This document shows positions 35,700 to 44,428 of a stretch of DNA of 64,000 bases, one piece after another. Made by a program: the position numbers and the translations under genes. The notes under the pieces are model-generated. The model was not told the DNA's origin. It did no database searches and saw only the letters and a list, made by a program, of their open reading frames with translations. This DNA comes from Candidatus Moraniibacteriota bacterium (GTDB taxonomy: Bacteria > Patescibacteriota > Minisyncoccia > Moranbacterales > UBA2206). Position 1 is the stretch's first letter. Each line of letters opens with the position of its first letter. The stretch spans positions 2,348-66,347 of the forward strand of contig JBAQNU010000022.1 of NCBI GenBank assembly GCA_049304095.1, given 5' to 3'.

Positions 35700-36536
35700 A
35701 TGGAAATTATTATTGCCAAAAATGCTGGATTTTGTTTTGGGGTTAAAAGAGCGGTGGATATGGTGGAAAAAGCCTTGGAAGAAGGTGGCAAGGTCTATTG
35801 TTTGGGGTCACTTATTCACAATCAGCAGGTGATTGAAAGGTTGGCGCAAAAAGGTCTAGTAACAGTGAAAAAAGTTGTGGATATTCCGGCTGGCGCTAAA
35901 TTTGTGGTGCGCAGTCATGGAATTGATCCAGGCATTGTGGAGAGCATTGTCGCGTGTGGCGGTGAAATTTTGGATGCGACTTGCCCTTTTGTGCGGAGAG
36001 CACAACTGGTGGCAAAAAAATTTCATGAGGAAAACTATGAGGTGGTCATTTGTGGCGATCCGGCGCATGCCGAAGTGATTGGCATTAATGCTTGGGCTAA
36101 AAATTGTGCGAAAATAATTCATGACGCATCTGAGGTGAAAAATTTAGAATTTAAAAGTACCGTGGGCGTTTTGAGCCAGACGACGCAAAAAAAGGAATTG
36201 TTCGATAGTGTCGTTCAAGAATTAGCCAAAAAAACTAAAGATTTAGTCATTGAAAATACGATTTGCCTTGATAGCTCGACTAAGCAAGCGGAGGTTTCCG
36301 CGCTGGCCAAGGAGGTGGATCTTATGATTGTGGTGGGAGGAAAAAATTCTAGCAATACCGGAAAATTAGTGCAGTTGAGCGAAGCGCAAAAGACTCCCAC
36401 AAAACACATCGAGACAGCGGCAGAAGTGCAAGAAGAGTGGTTTTGCGCTGTGCAAAAGGTAGGCATTGCCGCTGGTGCGTCCACGGCACAATTTTTAATT
36501 GACGAAGTGGTGGACAAAATCAACAGTTTGTGCTAG
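35700..36536 (+). CDS. ispH: 4-hydroxy-3-methylbut-2-enyl diphosphate reductase
   Basis: MEIIIAKNAGFCFGVKRAV start, conserved Cys ligands, and HN/SSNT motifs. The longer ORF from 35604 overlaps copA and is rejected. Confidence 0.9.
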   Translation: MEIIIAKNAGFCFGVKRAVDMVEKALEEGGKVYCLGSLIHNQQVIERLAQKGLVTVKKVVDIPAGAKFVVRSHGIDPGIVESIVACGGEILDATCPFVRRAQLVAKKFHEENYEVVICGDPAHAEVIGINAWAKNCAKIIHDASEVKNLEFKSTVGVLSQTTQKKELFDSVVQELAKKTKDLVIENTICLDSSTKQAEVSALAKEVDLMIVVGGKNSSNTGKLVQLSEAQKTPTKHIETAAEVQEEWFCAVQKVGIAAGASTAQFLIDEVVDKINSLC

Positions 36537-36566
36537 ATTGGGGTCTAAGTATAATAATCATTTGCG

Positions 36567-37298
36567 ATGCAAAAAGAAATCATTTTTCCCATCAGGATCA
36601 ATAAATATCTGGCCTATAGCAATTTTTGCACGCGCCGAGCGGCGGATGAAATGATTGCGTCTGGTCGGGTGAAAATTAATGAGCGTCTAGCGGTTTTGGG
36701 TGACAAGGTTCAGGCGCAGGATCAAGTAACTGTTGACAAAGATAGTAAGCGCAATAAGCCGTTGGTCTATTTGGCTTTCAATAAACCGCGTGGCATTGTG
36801 ACGCACAGTCCGCAAAAAGGCGAAAAAAGCATCGAAGAGATCTTCAAATTTCCGCAAAAAGTTTTTCCTGTAGGACGCCTTGACAAAGATTCGCACGGCC
36901 TCATCATTCTCACCAACGATGGTCGCATAACAGACCGGCTGCTTAATCCTGATCACGAACACGAAAAAGAATATGTGGTCAAAGTTGATCGGACGATTAG
37001 TCCGGGGTTTTTGAAAAATATGGCCGAAGGTGTGGTTTTGGATGATGGGTACAAAACTAAACCGGCGCAGGTGAAAAAGATTGATGAGTTAACCTTTTCC
37101 ATTATTCTCACTGAAGGCAAGAAAAGACAAATTCGTCGTATGTGCGAAAGATTAGAGCGCACAGTGCTCGATCTCAGGCGCAGTCGCATCATGAATATCG
37201 AACTAGGAAAGTTGGGTCCGAGAGAATCTCGTTCGATTGAGGGTGCTGAGCTTGCGCAACTACTGGGAAGTATTGGAATTGATAATCCATGGCAATAA
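36567..37298 (+). CDS. RsuA/RluB-family pseudouridine synthase with S4 domain
   Basis: S4 N-terminus, NKPRGIVTH, and catalytic VGRLDKDSHGLIILTNDG. Confidence 0.85.
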   Translation: MQKEIIFPIRINKYLAYSNFCTRRAADEMIASGRVKINERLAVLGDKVQAQDQVTVDKDSKRNKPLVYLAFNKPRGIVTHSPQKGEKSIEEIFKFPQKVFPVGRLDKDSHGLIILTNDGRITDRLLNPDHEHEKEYVVKVDRTISPGFLKNMAEGVVLDDGYKTKPAQVKKIDELTFSIILTEGKKRQIRRMCERLERTVLDLRRSRIMNIELGKLGPRESRSIEGAELAQLLGSIGIDNPWQ

Positions 37299-37306
37299 AT
37301 TTCGTT

Positions 37307-37335
37307 TTGACAAAAAAACAGAAAATTCGTATAAT
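37307..37335 (+). promoter_or_regulatory. Consensus sigma70 promoter TTGACA-N17-TATAAT upstream of KH-protein/trmD
   Basis: Perfect hexamers with a 17-nt spacer. An approximately 90-nt leader follows. Confidence 0.6.
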
Positions 37336-37430
37336 AAAATTGATAAGTAAGAGCGTTGCAATAGGGGTGGTCGATCTTCCGAAGCACTTTTACTTCTAAT
37401 TCAAATAAGCTTTAATCTAGAACTACTAAA

Positions 37431-37781
37431 ATGACTACAATTCAAGTTAGCGATGTGGAGTTTGTGGAATATGTTGTGAAGCAAATCGTCAGTCATCCCG
37501 ATGATGTCAAGGTGGAAAGAAAAATTGATGAAATGGGTGTGCTTATCACGCTTGATGTTAATCTGGAGGATATGGGCATGATTATCGGTCGCGAAGGAGC
37601 AACAGCGAAAGCTTTGCGCACACTCCTGCGAGTGATTGGTGCCAGAAACAATGCCAGAGTTAACCTTAAAATCAATGAACCGGAAGGATCAGCCAGAAAA
37701 CCACGAGAAGACCGCGAACCAAGAGAGCCCAGAGAAGAGGTTAGAAAAAGTATCGATGATGTTGTCGGTGATATTGTCTAA
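37431..37781 (+). CDS. khpA: KH-domain RNA-binding protein (YlqC/KhpA family)
   Basis: GMIIGREGATAKALRTLLRVIG KH core. Position before trmD as in rpsP-KH-rimM-trmD operons. Confidence 0.7.
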   Translation: MTTIQVSDVEFVEYVVKQIVSHPDDVKVERKIDEMGVLITLDVNLEDMGMIIGREGATAKALRTLLRVIGARNNARVNLKINEPEGSARKPREDREPREPREEVRKSIDDVVGDIV

Positions 37782-37805
37782 GACTTTTCTTCTAAAATGA
37801 AAAAA

Positions 37806-37835
37806 CAAAAAGGCCAGCGCAAGCTGGCCTTTTTT
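37806..37835 (+). terminator. Terminator/attenuator after KH gene
   Basis: GGCCAGC-GCAA-GCTGGCC followed by TTTTTT. Confidence 0.6.
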
Positions 37836-37842
37836 GGTTTGT

Positions 37843-37851
37843 TTTGGTATA
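37843..37851 (+). promoter_or_regulatory. Extended -10 TGGTATAAT immediately upstream of trmD
   Basis: Lies 12 nt before the trmD ATG. Would give a near-leaderless transcript. Confidence 0.35.
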
Positions 37852-37862
37852 ATAGAAGTATT

Positions 37863-38510
37863 ATGCAATTTCATGTTGTTACAATTTTTCCGTCTATTTT
37901 AGACTCCTATCTAGGGGAATCGATTATTGGTCGTGCCCGAAAAAACGGGGTGATTGAGGTGCACGCGCACAATTTGCGCGACTATACGACTGACAAGCAT
38001 GGTAAAGTTGATGATACGCCCTATGGTGGTGGAGCGGGAATGGTGCTCCAAGTTCAGCCAATTCATGCTTGCGTTGAAAAAATAAAAGAGAAAATTATTG
38101 ATAAAAAGAAAACACGGATAATTCTTTTTTCCGCCAAAGGAAAGAAATATACGGAGAGAACAGCAGAAAGGCTTTCTAAATATGATAATTTAATTTTGAT
38201 TTGTGGTCGCTATGAAGGTGTGGATGAACGCGTGGTGCAGAATATTTGCGATGAAGAAATTTCCATCGGTGATTATGTGCTCACGGGTGGAGAATTGCCT
38301 GCGATGGTTCTCATTGATTCGGTAACACGGCTACTTCCTGAAGTTTTGGGAAATGTTGAGAGCGCAAAATATGAATCGCACAGTCGGAAAAACTATAAAG
38401 AACATCCGCAATATAGTAAGCCCGCTAGTTTCAATGGTTGGTCGGTGCCGGAAGTGCTTCTGGGTGGAAATCATAATGAGATAGCTAAATGGCGGGAAAA
38501 GATAAACTAG
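37863..38510 (+). CDS. trmD: tRNA (guanine37-N1)-methyltransferase
   Basis: MQFHVVTIFP, the GGGAGMVL SAM loop, and EGVDERV. The upstream in-frame ATG at 37797 lies inside the terminator and is rejected. Confidence 0.9.
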   Translation: MQFHVVTIFPSILDSYLGESIIGRARKNGVIEVHAHNLRDYTTDKHGKVDDTPYGGGAGMVLQVQPIHACVEKIKEKIIDKKKTRIILFSAKGKKYTERTAERLSKYDNLILICGRYEGVDERVVQNICDEEISIGDYVLTGGELPAMVLIDSVTRLLPEVLGNVESAKYESHSRKNYKEHPQYSKPASFNGWSVPEVLLGGNHNEIAKWREKIN

Positions 38511-38547
38511 GCAGAATAATTATAATAGAGTAGATAAATAATAATTT

Positions 38548-38694
38548 GCGACTCAGGCCTGCCCTAAAAGCAATCTCCCAAAGCGCGTGGCCTTCAAAGA
38601 TTTGTTTTTGTTTTTTTTAGATTGATGTTATTGATGTTCCTCTAAACTAATTTTGGCTAGGTGTGAGCTTACTTTTAGGGCAGGCCTAAGTCTC
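38548..38694 (+). repeat. 146-nt structured repeat element, copy 2
   Basis: Outer inverted repeat GCGACTCAGGCCTGCCCTAAAAG/CTTTTAGGGCAGGCCTAAGTCTC (21/23). Boxes A and B are identical to copy 1. Confidence 0.7.
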
Positions 38695-38719
38695 ATGATT
38701 TTTTTAAAAAAGTTTAATT

Positions 38720-39829
38720 TTGAAAATAATGCGCGCCCAAAAAGGTATTGATAAAAAATTATTATCCATCGTCGCTCTTTTAGTTGTGTTCGGTTTGGCG
38801 ATGATTGCTTCGGCCGGCATTGCCTATTCGCGCAGCCGTTTTGGCGATTCCTATTATTTTTTCAAACATCAATTAATCTACGGAATTTTGCCAGGCATCG
38901 TGGTTATGTATGTAGCTCAAAAAATTAACTATACTGTTTGGAAAAAATTTTCCTTGCCGCTGTTTATGCTGAGCATCTTTTGTCTCATTCTTGTTTTTGT
39001 TCCGGGCGTCGGTTCAAAAGTCTATGGGGCGAGTCGCTGGCTCCAGCTTGGTCCGTTTTCCTTTCAGCCATCGGAAATGCTAAAATTATCCATCATTTTT
39101 TATCTCGCAGCGTGGCTAGAGAGTCGCGCTGAGAGAGTCAAGGATTTCTATGAAGGCCTCCTGCCTTTTCTCACGATTGTGGCGGGCATTAGTTTTCTCT
39201 TGGAAAAGCAACCGGATATGGGAACGCTCGGAGTGATCATCTTTATTGCAATGACTATTTTTTTCATTTCTGGTGCAAAGCTGGCGCATATGCTACTTAT
39301 CGCTGCAACGGGATTTTCCGCGCTTGGACTGCTTATCAAATTTGAATCCTATCGGATGGATCGTTTTTTGGTTTTCATGCATCCTGAGCTTGATCCACGC
39401 GGAATCGGCTATCAAATCAATCAGGCGCTCCTCGCGATTGGTTCAGGCGGAATTTTCGGTGTGGGCCTGGGACATAGCATGCAAAAATTTAACTATCTGC
39501 CAGAACCGGTCGGCGACTCCATTTTTGCTATTATCGGAGAGGAGCTGGGGATGATTGGTTGCGTCGCTTTGGTGCTACTTTTTCTTTTTCTTGCCATGAC
39601 GGGCCTGAGAATTGCCAAAAACGCACCAGACAAGTTTTCCCAATTAGTGGCTGTGGGCATCACCGCCTGGATTACTTTTCAAGCGTTCATTAATATTTCC
39701 GCTATCTCCGGACTCATCCCGCTCACAGGAATTCCTTTACCATTCATCAGTTATGGCGGAACGTCAATCATTTTTCTTCTGGCTGGAATCGGCGTGATGC
39801 TTAATATTTCGAAATATAGTAAAATATAG
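38720..39829 (+). CDS. ftsW: SEDS-family peptidoglycan polymerase (FtsW/RodA)
   Basis: Ten TM segments and conserved GIPLPFISYGG near the C-terminus. Cell-wall gene context. Confidence 0.85.
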   Translation: MKIMRAQKGIDKKLLSIVALLVVFGLAMIASAGIAYSRSRFGDSYYFFKHQLIYGILPGIVVMYVAQKINYTVWKKFSLPLFMLSIFCLILVFVPGVGSKVYGASRWLQLGPFSFQPSEMLKLSIIFYLAAWLESRAERVKDFYEGLLPFLTIVAGISFLLEKQPDMGTLGVIIFIAMTIFFISGAKLAHMLLIAATGFSALGLLIKFESYRMDRFLVFMHPELDPRGIGYQINQALLAIGSGGIFGVGLGHSMQKFNYLPEPVGDSIFAIIGEELGMIGCVALVLLFLFLAMTGLRIAKNAPDKFSQLVAVGITAWITFQAFINISAISGLIPLTGIPLPFISYGGTSIIFLLAGIGVMLNISKYSKI

Positions 39830-39882
39830 ATAGGAAGAGATGATAAATTAAGAATAAAAATTAACCCAGCTAAAATAGCATT

Positions 39883-40647
39883 ATGAAAGAATCATTGAAT
39901 ATATCGCCAGAAGTCTTGGTCGATTCTAAATTTGAAAAAAAAGAAAAAAGAATCATTGGCATTCTGACTCTGACTCGTCATAGTAAAACGAACTATACTG
40001 AAAAATATCCAGACATAACAGAAGAGGGGCATCTAATCGCTCGGGAAAAATCTCAGAAAATAAAGGAGAGGAGCGAAAGCGATTCTTCTGGTGAGGATCG
40101 TTTCTATACGTCCTCTCCTAACGCGCGTGCCTTAGGAACGATGGATATTATTAAAGAAGCCATGGGCGATAAGGATAAGCCTACGCATCTCTCAGGTTCA
40201 ATTCGCTCGATGGATGTTTTCGATATGGCTGGTGCTGTGGAAATATTCCAAGAATTGCAAGGAGAAAGACGAGACCCGGAGCTAGTTGGGAAAAAATATC
40301 ATTCTGATGAACGTTTTGAATATAGGCCGGAAATTATAGAACCCAGGAGCAAGGTCAAAAAAAGGGCTATGCGAGCCTTGGAATACCTGATCCGTAAATT
40401 GGATTCATACGCCGGGCAAAAAACACCGCATGTTTTTGCTACTAGTCACTTTGAAGTCATTAATCCTATTGTTGCCGAGGTATTTGGCTTGGATGCTGGC
40501 GAGGATGATTTGTTTGGTCATGTCGAAGATGTAAGGATCGAATTTCTAGAGCCTGAGGATGATAATTTTATCTCAATCAGGATGTATTTCAGAGGGGAAA
40601 AAAGAGTAGCTAGTTTTGATAGAAAAACTAGGCGGATCATTTTATAA
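39883..40647 (+). CDS. Histidine-phosphatase-superfamily (PGAM-like) protein
   Basis: LTRHSKTNYTEKYPDITEEGHLIA fits RHG...N...L(T/S)..G...A branch-1 signature. Confidence 0.5.
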   Translation: MKESLNISPEVLVDSKFEKKEKRIIGILTLTRHSKTNYTEKYPDITEEGHLIAREKSQKIKERSESDSSGEDRFYTSSPNARALGTMDIIKEAMGDKDKPTHLSGSIRSMDVFDMAGAVEIFQELQGERRDPELVGKKYHSDERFEYRPEIIEPRSKVKKRAMRALEYLIRKLDSYAGQKTPHVFATSHFEVINPIVAEVFGLDAGEDDLFGHVEDVRIEFLEPEDDNFISIRMYFRGEKRVASFDRKTRRIIL

Positions 40648-40665
40648 CTTTTTCATAGAAACAAT

Positions 40666-41655
40666 ATGACAGATGTGTATTCTCAAGAAAAAATGCTAGC
40701 TGTTTTTAGCCAGAAATTTGAAATTGATGGAAAAAAATGTGTTGGGCATATTAAGACAGCTATTTCCAACGTCTTTGTTTTTCCTGATAAGGTTTATAAA
40801 ATATACAAAAATGACAATTCTTTCTTTAATGATAATTTTAATGATATTTCGCAAAAAAATAAACGCTTCGATTTTACCATAAAAGATTTTGACTGGAATC
40901 AGAGAATGACCCCAGAAATTTATTTCGCTATCAAGGGATGTGCGATGAGGGACGATCAAGTAGTATTTGTCAATAAGGAAGAAGCAACGGAGCTGGCGAT
41001 TGAAATGAAAAAAATAAATACAGACAGTGCGCTTTTATTGCAATTATTGGATAAAAATCTTTCTTTGACTGATTTTGAAACAATAGGCTTCCAGTTGCAT
41101 AAGCGCCTTGATGACTTACCTGAAGCATATACTCAGAAAAAACTAAAAGGTGTCATGCAACTCCGCATGGAAGATGTTAGCAATTGGGTCTTGGGTGTTC
41201 CTAAACACATCAGTCCAGAAGAGGCCAAAATATTCCTAGAAGCGCTTGATAGGAAAAAATCTGCTTATATGAATCAAGTGTCCGATGAAGAGATGGCAGG
41301 ATCTAGCATTGATGGTCACAGCGAAAATATGTTTTTTGATCAAGGGCGTTTGTATATCATGGATTCTTACGCGCCTAAAAAAGATTGGCTGTTGGCCGAT
41401 GGACATTTGAATTTTTATCGCCTAGCTACAGACATCTTGGCTCTTGGAAATCAGGAATCATTCGAGGCTTTCAAGGGAGGATATGAAAAGTATCGAGATC
41501 TAGGTGTCATGAACGAGAAACGAGAATCTTTTTGTATCTTTTATTCGTCAATGATTATGGTACCATATTTATATATGCTGGGAGAGCATGATGAGCGCAG
41601 AATGAAAGCCGCCAGAATTTATCATAATTTCGTCAGAAACCTACTTGGACAGTGA
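40666..41655 (+). CDS. Hypothetical protein, possible degenerate kinase-like (APH/choline-kinase) fold
   Basis: VGHIKTAISNVFVFPDKVYKIYKND resembles a P-loop/Lys region. DGHSENMFFDQGRLYIMDSY resembles the catalytic loop plus DFG-like segment, with the catalytic Asp position not clearly conserved. Confidence 0.3.
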   Translation: MTDVYSQEKMLAVFSQKFEIDGKKCVGHIKTAISNVFVFPDKVYKIYKNDNSFFNDNFNDISQKNKRFDFTIKDFDWNQRMTPEIYFAIKGCAMRDDQVVFVNKEEATELAIEMKKINTDSALLLQLLDKNLSLTDFETIGFQLHKRLDDLPEAYTQKKLKGVMQLRMEDVSNWVLGVPKHISPEEAKIFLEALDRKKSAYMNQVSDEEMAGSSIDGHSENMFFDQGRLYIMDSYAPKKDWLLADGHLNFYRLATDILALGNQESFEAFKGGYEKYRDLGVMNEKRESFCIFYSSMIMVPYLYMLGEHDERRMKAARIYHNFVRNLLGQ

Positions 41656-41730
41656 AAGATTGGGAATAGTATAATTTTTCAAAAAGTTTTATGAAAAAAC
41701 AATCAAAAAATTAATAAGTAATTAAAAAAT

Positions 41731-43545
41731 ATGGAAAAAATGCTACGACAGTTTTCAAAAGAAAAGTTTCCGGAAGAACGAAAAAAACTTGCTAGTGAAA
41801 TTTGGGAAATTAGAAAAAAAAGAAAACCCGCTCTTGATGAAGATAAGGAAAGAAAAGCAATTTCAGAAATAAGAAAAACTAAAATTGAAGAAGCGCACAC
41901 TGAGAGTATCAGTGAATTTTCAGCTAGAGTGGAAAAATTGCAGGAAGAGTTGGAAGAGCTAAATAGTTCCATCCTTGGAAGGGCAAGGAATTATTTTAAG
42001 ACAAAAAAAATTAAGAAGGATATATTATTTTCAAACAAGATGCTTGAGCTGAATCAACAAATGATGAGTGATGATCTTGCTCAGGTTGATGTTGGAATTG
42101 AAGGATCTGTCAGGGAAATAAAGAAATTTAATGATGATACCAGAAAGCATGAGCGACGAGATGAGTTGAGGAGGACTGGAGAAATGATTAGAAATTTTTA
42201 CAAGCAACAGGAAACTGAATGGGAGCAGGCCGGCTATTCCAAGCAAGAAATTGAAGAAAATTTCTCAGAAGAAAAATTGGTCTCTATGTCGATGGAAGAA
42301 TATGTTTTTTTGTTAAAGCGATTTCCCAGTCAAATGGTTACTCATGTGACAAGGCAAGGAGTTCGCGATCATTGGGGACATATGTTCCATAAGGCATATA
42401 TGAAAAAGTTCAGTAATGGTTTTGTCGATATTCTAAGAGATGGTCGATTGCGTTCACCCTTGGCTGTTCGATTCCTAGAACAAGAAAAGGACGCTGCTAT
42501 TGCTAAGTTATTAAAGCTAGATATGAAAAATAAAAAAGAAGCACTGGAGGACTTGAAATGGTATGTAGAATGTCCAGCCTTTGATAACGGTTTTGGTAAA
42601 AGCAAATACAGTGATACTTCAGCGATTCATGTGGCAGTTGAGGAGGTGGCAGATACTTTTTATGGAGCTGAAAGAGGAAATGAGATGTTCGTTGCTTATC
42701 CCGCTGCTTTTGTTGTTTCTAATTTCTATCATAGTAGTATGATTTCACTGGATGAGGCTGGGGGTGGTGGCATGGAGCATAATGATGCGTGGATTTGGGC
42801 GGAAGAGAAAGGGTTTGACATTAACGCTGGCGTTGTCTTTATTCCCAAGTCGGCCGAAGTTGATCCTGCCAGCGGGTCGCGATATAATATTGGTTCCAAT
42901 GGTGAGGTTGTTCTTCTGGAGGAAAATGTTAAATTATTGGAAAACCTAATAAAAAATCAAGAATTTGGAGAATTTATTGAAAATAAAGAGAACCTCGAAA
43001 AAGAGTTTGGCGTAAATTTAAGATTATCGGAGGCATTAAAGGAAACGATAAAACTAAAATTTGGCATTTCCAATACCGGAATAATTGATATTATTTTGGA
43101 TGAAATTTGCAGAGGCGCTGGCGGTAAACTACATTTTAGTCAAGAAATAACGCCAGAAAGAAAAGACGAGATTGACGATTTGCTTATGAAAAAAGAGCTT
43201 CTTTATAGTAAACCGCAAAAAACCATTTCGTCAGAAGAATATTGGAATAATTATTTTGAAAATAACCCAAAGATAAGACCGTCGAAGATTGTTTTTTATG
43301 AAGGAAATAGTCCAACGAAAGCTCTTAATGAGTGGAGGGCAAAAAATGGCATAATGCCAGCTGGAAGAGATGCGGACTCAATTCAACATAAAATAAGAAC
43401 AGAAAAGAAGCCACAGAATCTTTCTGATTTTTCGGAACGCAATGTTTCACAGCTATCCAAGCATGGCTTTGTCGGGGCGAATCGTTTTTATGATTTGGCG
43501 AAAGAATCAGTTGAAAGATATTATGCAAAAAATCAAAATCCATAA
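41731..43545 (+). CDS. Hypothetical protein (604 aa; N-terminal coiled coil)
   Basis: No recognisable motif. Confidence 0.5.
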   Translation: MEKMLRQFSKEKFPEERKKLASEIWEIRKKRKPALDEDKERKAISEIRKTKIEEAHTESISEFSARVEKLQEELEELNSSILGRARNYFKTKKIKKDILFSNKMLELNQQMMSDDLAQVDVGIEGSVREIKKFNDDTRKHERRDELRRTGEMIRNFYKQQETEWEQAGYSKQEIEENFSEEKLVSMSMEEYVFLLKRFPSQMVTHVTRQGVRDHWGHMFHKAYMKKFSNGFVDILRDGRLRSPLAVRFLEQEKDAAIAKLLKLDMKNKKEALEDLKWYVECPAFDNGFGKSKYSDTSAIHVAVEEVADTFYGAERGNEMFVAYPAAFVVSNFYHSSMISLDEAGGGGMEHNDAWIWAEEKGFDINAGVVFIPKSAEVDPASGSRYNIGSNGEVVLLEENVKLLENLIKNQEFGEFIENKENLEKEFGVNLRLSEALKETIKLKFGISNTGIIDIILDEICRGAGGKLHFSQEITPERKDEIDDLLMKKELLYSKPQKTISSEEYWNNYFENNPKIRPSKIVFYEGNSPTKALNEWRAKNGIMPAGRDADSIQHKIRTEKKPQNLSDFSERNVSQLSKHGFVGANRFYDLAKESVERYYAKNQNP

Positions 43546-43566
43546 TTTCATTCAATCAAAAATTCT

Positions 43567-44406
43567 ATGAAAAAACAAGCAAAAAATTTAGCGATTTTTG
43601 AGGGGAAGCAAATCCGGCGGATTTGGGATGCAAAAAAAGAATCGTGGTATTTTTCGATTATTGATATAATCGAAGTTCTGACTGGTTCGACAATACCGAA
43701 AAGATACTGGAGTGACTTAAAGGGTAAGTTGAAAAGAGAGGGGAGTGAAGTGTACGAAAAAATCGTACGGTTGAAAATGGAGGCAGAAGATGGGAAGCTG
43801 AGGGAAACTGACGCGGCTGACGTGGAAACGATTTTGCGTTTAGTCCAATCAGTTCCATCGCCAAAAGCGGAACCGATCAAGCTTTGGCTAGCGAAAGTTG
43901 GCTATGAGCGAGTGCAAGAAATCTCTGACCCGGAAAAAGCTTTGAATCGCAGTCGGGATTATTGGCAAAGGATGGGACGGAGCGAAAAATGGATTCAGCA
44001 AAGAATGATGGGGCAAGAAATTAGAAATAAACTGACGGATTATTGGAAAAATAATGAAGTCAAAGAACAAGACGAGTATGCGATTTTGACAAACATAATT
44101 CACCAGGAGTGGACTGATCTTTCAGTCAAAGAGCATAAGAGTTTGAAAAAACTCAAAACAGAAAATTTGCGTGATCATATGACGGACGCGGAGCTGGTTT
44201 TTACGGCTCTGGCAGAACTTTCTACCAGGCAGATTGCAGAGACGATGGAGACAAAAGGACTCGAAGAAAATAAAATACCAGCGAGGCGTGGCGGGCGAGT
44301 GGCCAAAAATGCTCGACTGGAGTTGGAGCAAAAAACCAGCAAAAAAGTGGTTAGCGGTAATAACTTTAAATTTTTATCAGGGCAGAAGAAATTGTTAGGA
44401 AAATAA
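43567..44406 (+). CDS. Bro-N domain protein, DinD-like (DNA-damage-inducible protein D family)
   Basis: The N-terminal Bro-N segment is IFEGKQIRRIWDAKKESWYFSIIDIIEVLTGS. The downstream segments ISDPEKALNRSRDYWQRMG and HMTDAELVFTALAELSTRQI parallel E. coli DinD (LSDDEAFRQLRLSERQRL, HMGSTELAANLFRITQTDE) as I recall it. Confidence 0.6.
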   Translation: MKKQAKNLAIFEGKQIRRIWDAKKESWYFSIIDIIEVLTGSTIPKRYWSDLKGKLKREGSEVYEKIVRLKMEAEDGKLRETDAADVETILRLVQSVPSPKAEPIKLWLAKVGYERVQEISDPEKALNRSRDYWQRMGRSEKWIQQRMMGQEIRNKLTDYWKNNEVKEQDEYAILTNIIHQEWTDLSVKEHKSLKKLKTENLRDHMTDAELVFTALAELSTRQIAETMETKGLEENKIPARRGGRVAKNARLELEQKTSKKVVSGNNFKFLSGQKKLLGK

Positions 44407-44428
44407 TTTAACTTTTTATACTAAATTT

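Noticed and set aside
37797-37862. Upstream extension of the trmD ORF
   Set aside because: The extra 22 codons are encoded by the KH-gene terminator hairpin and the promoter -10. The TrmD homology starts at MQFHVV (37863).
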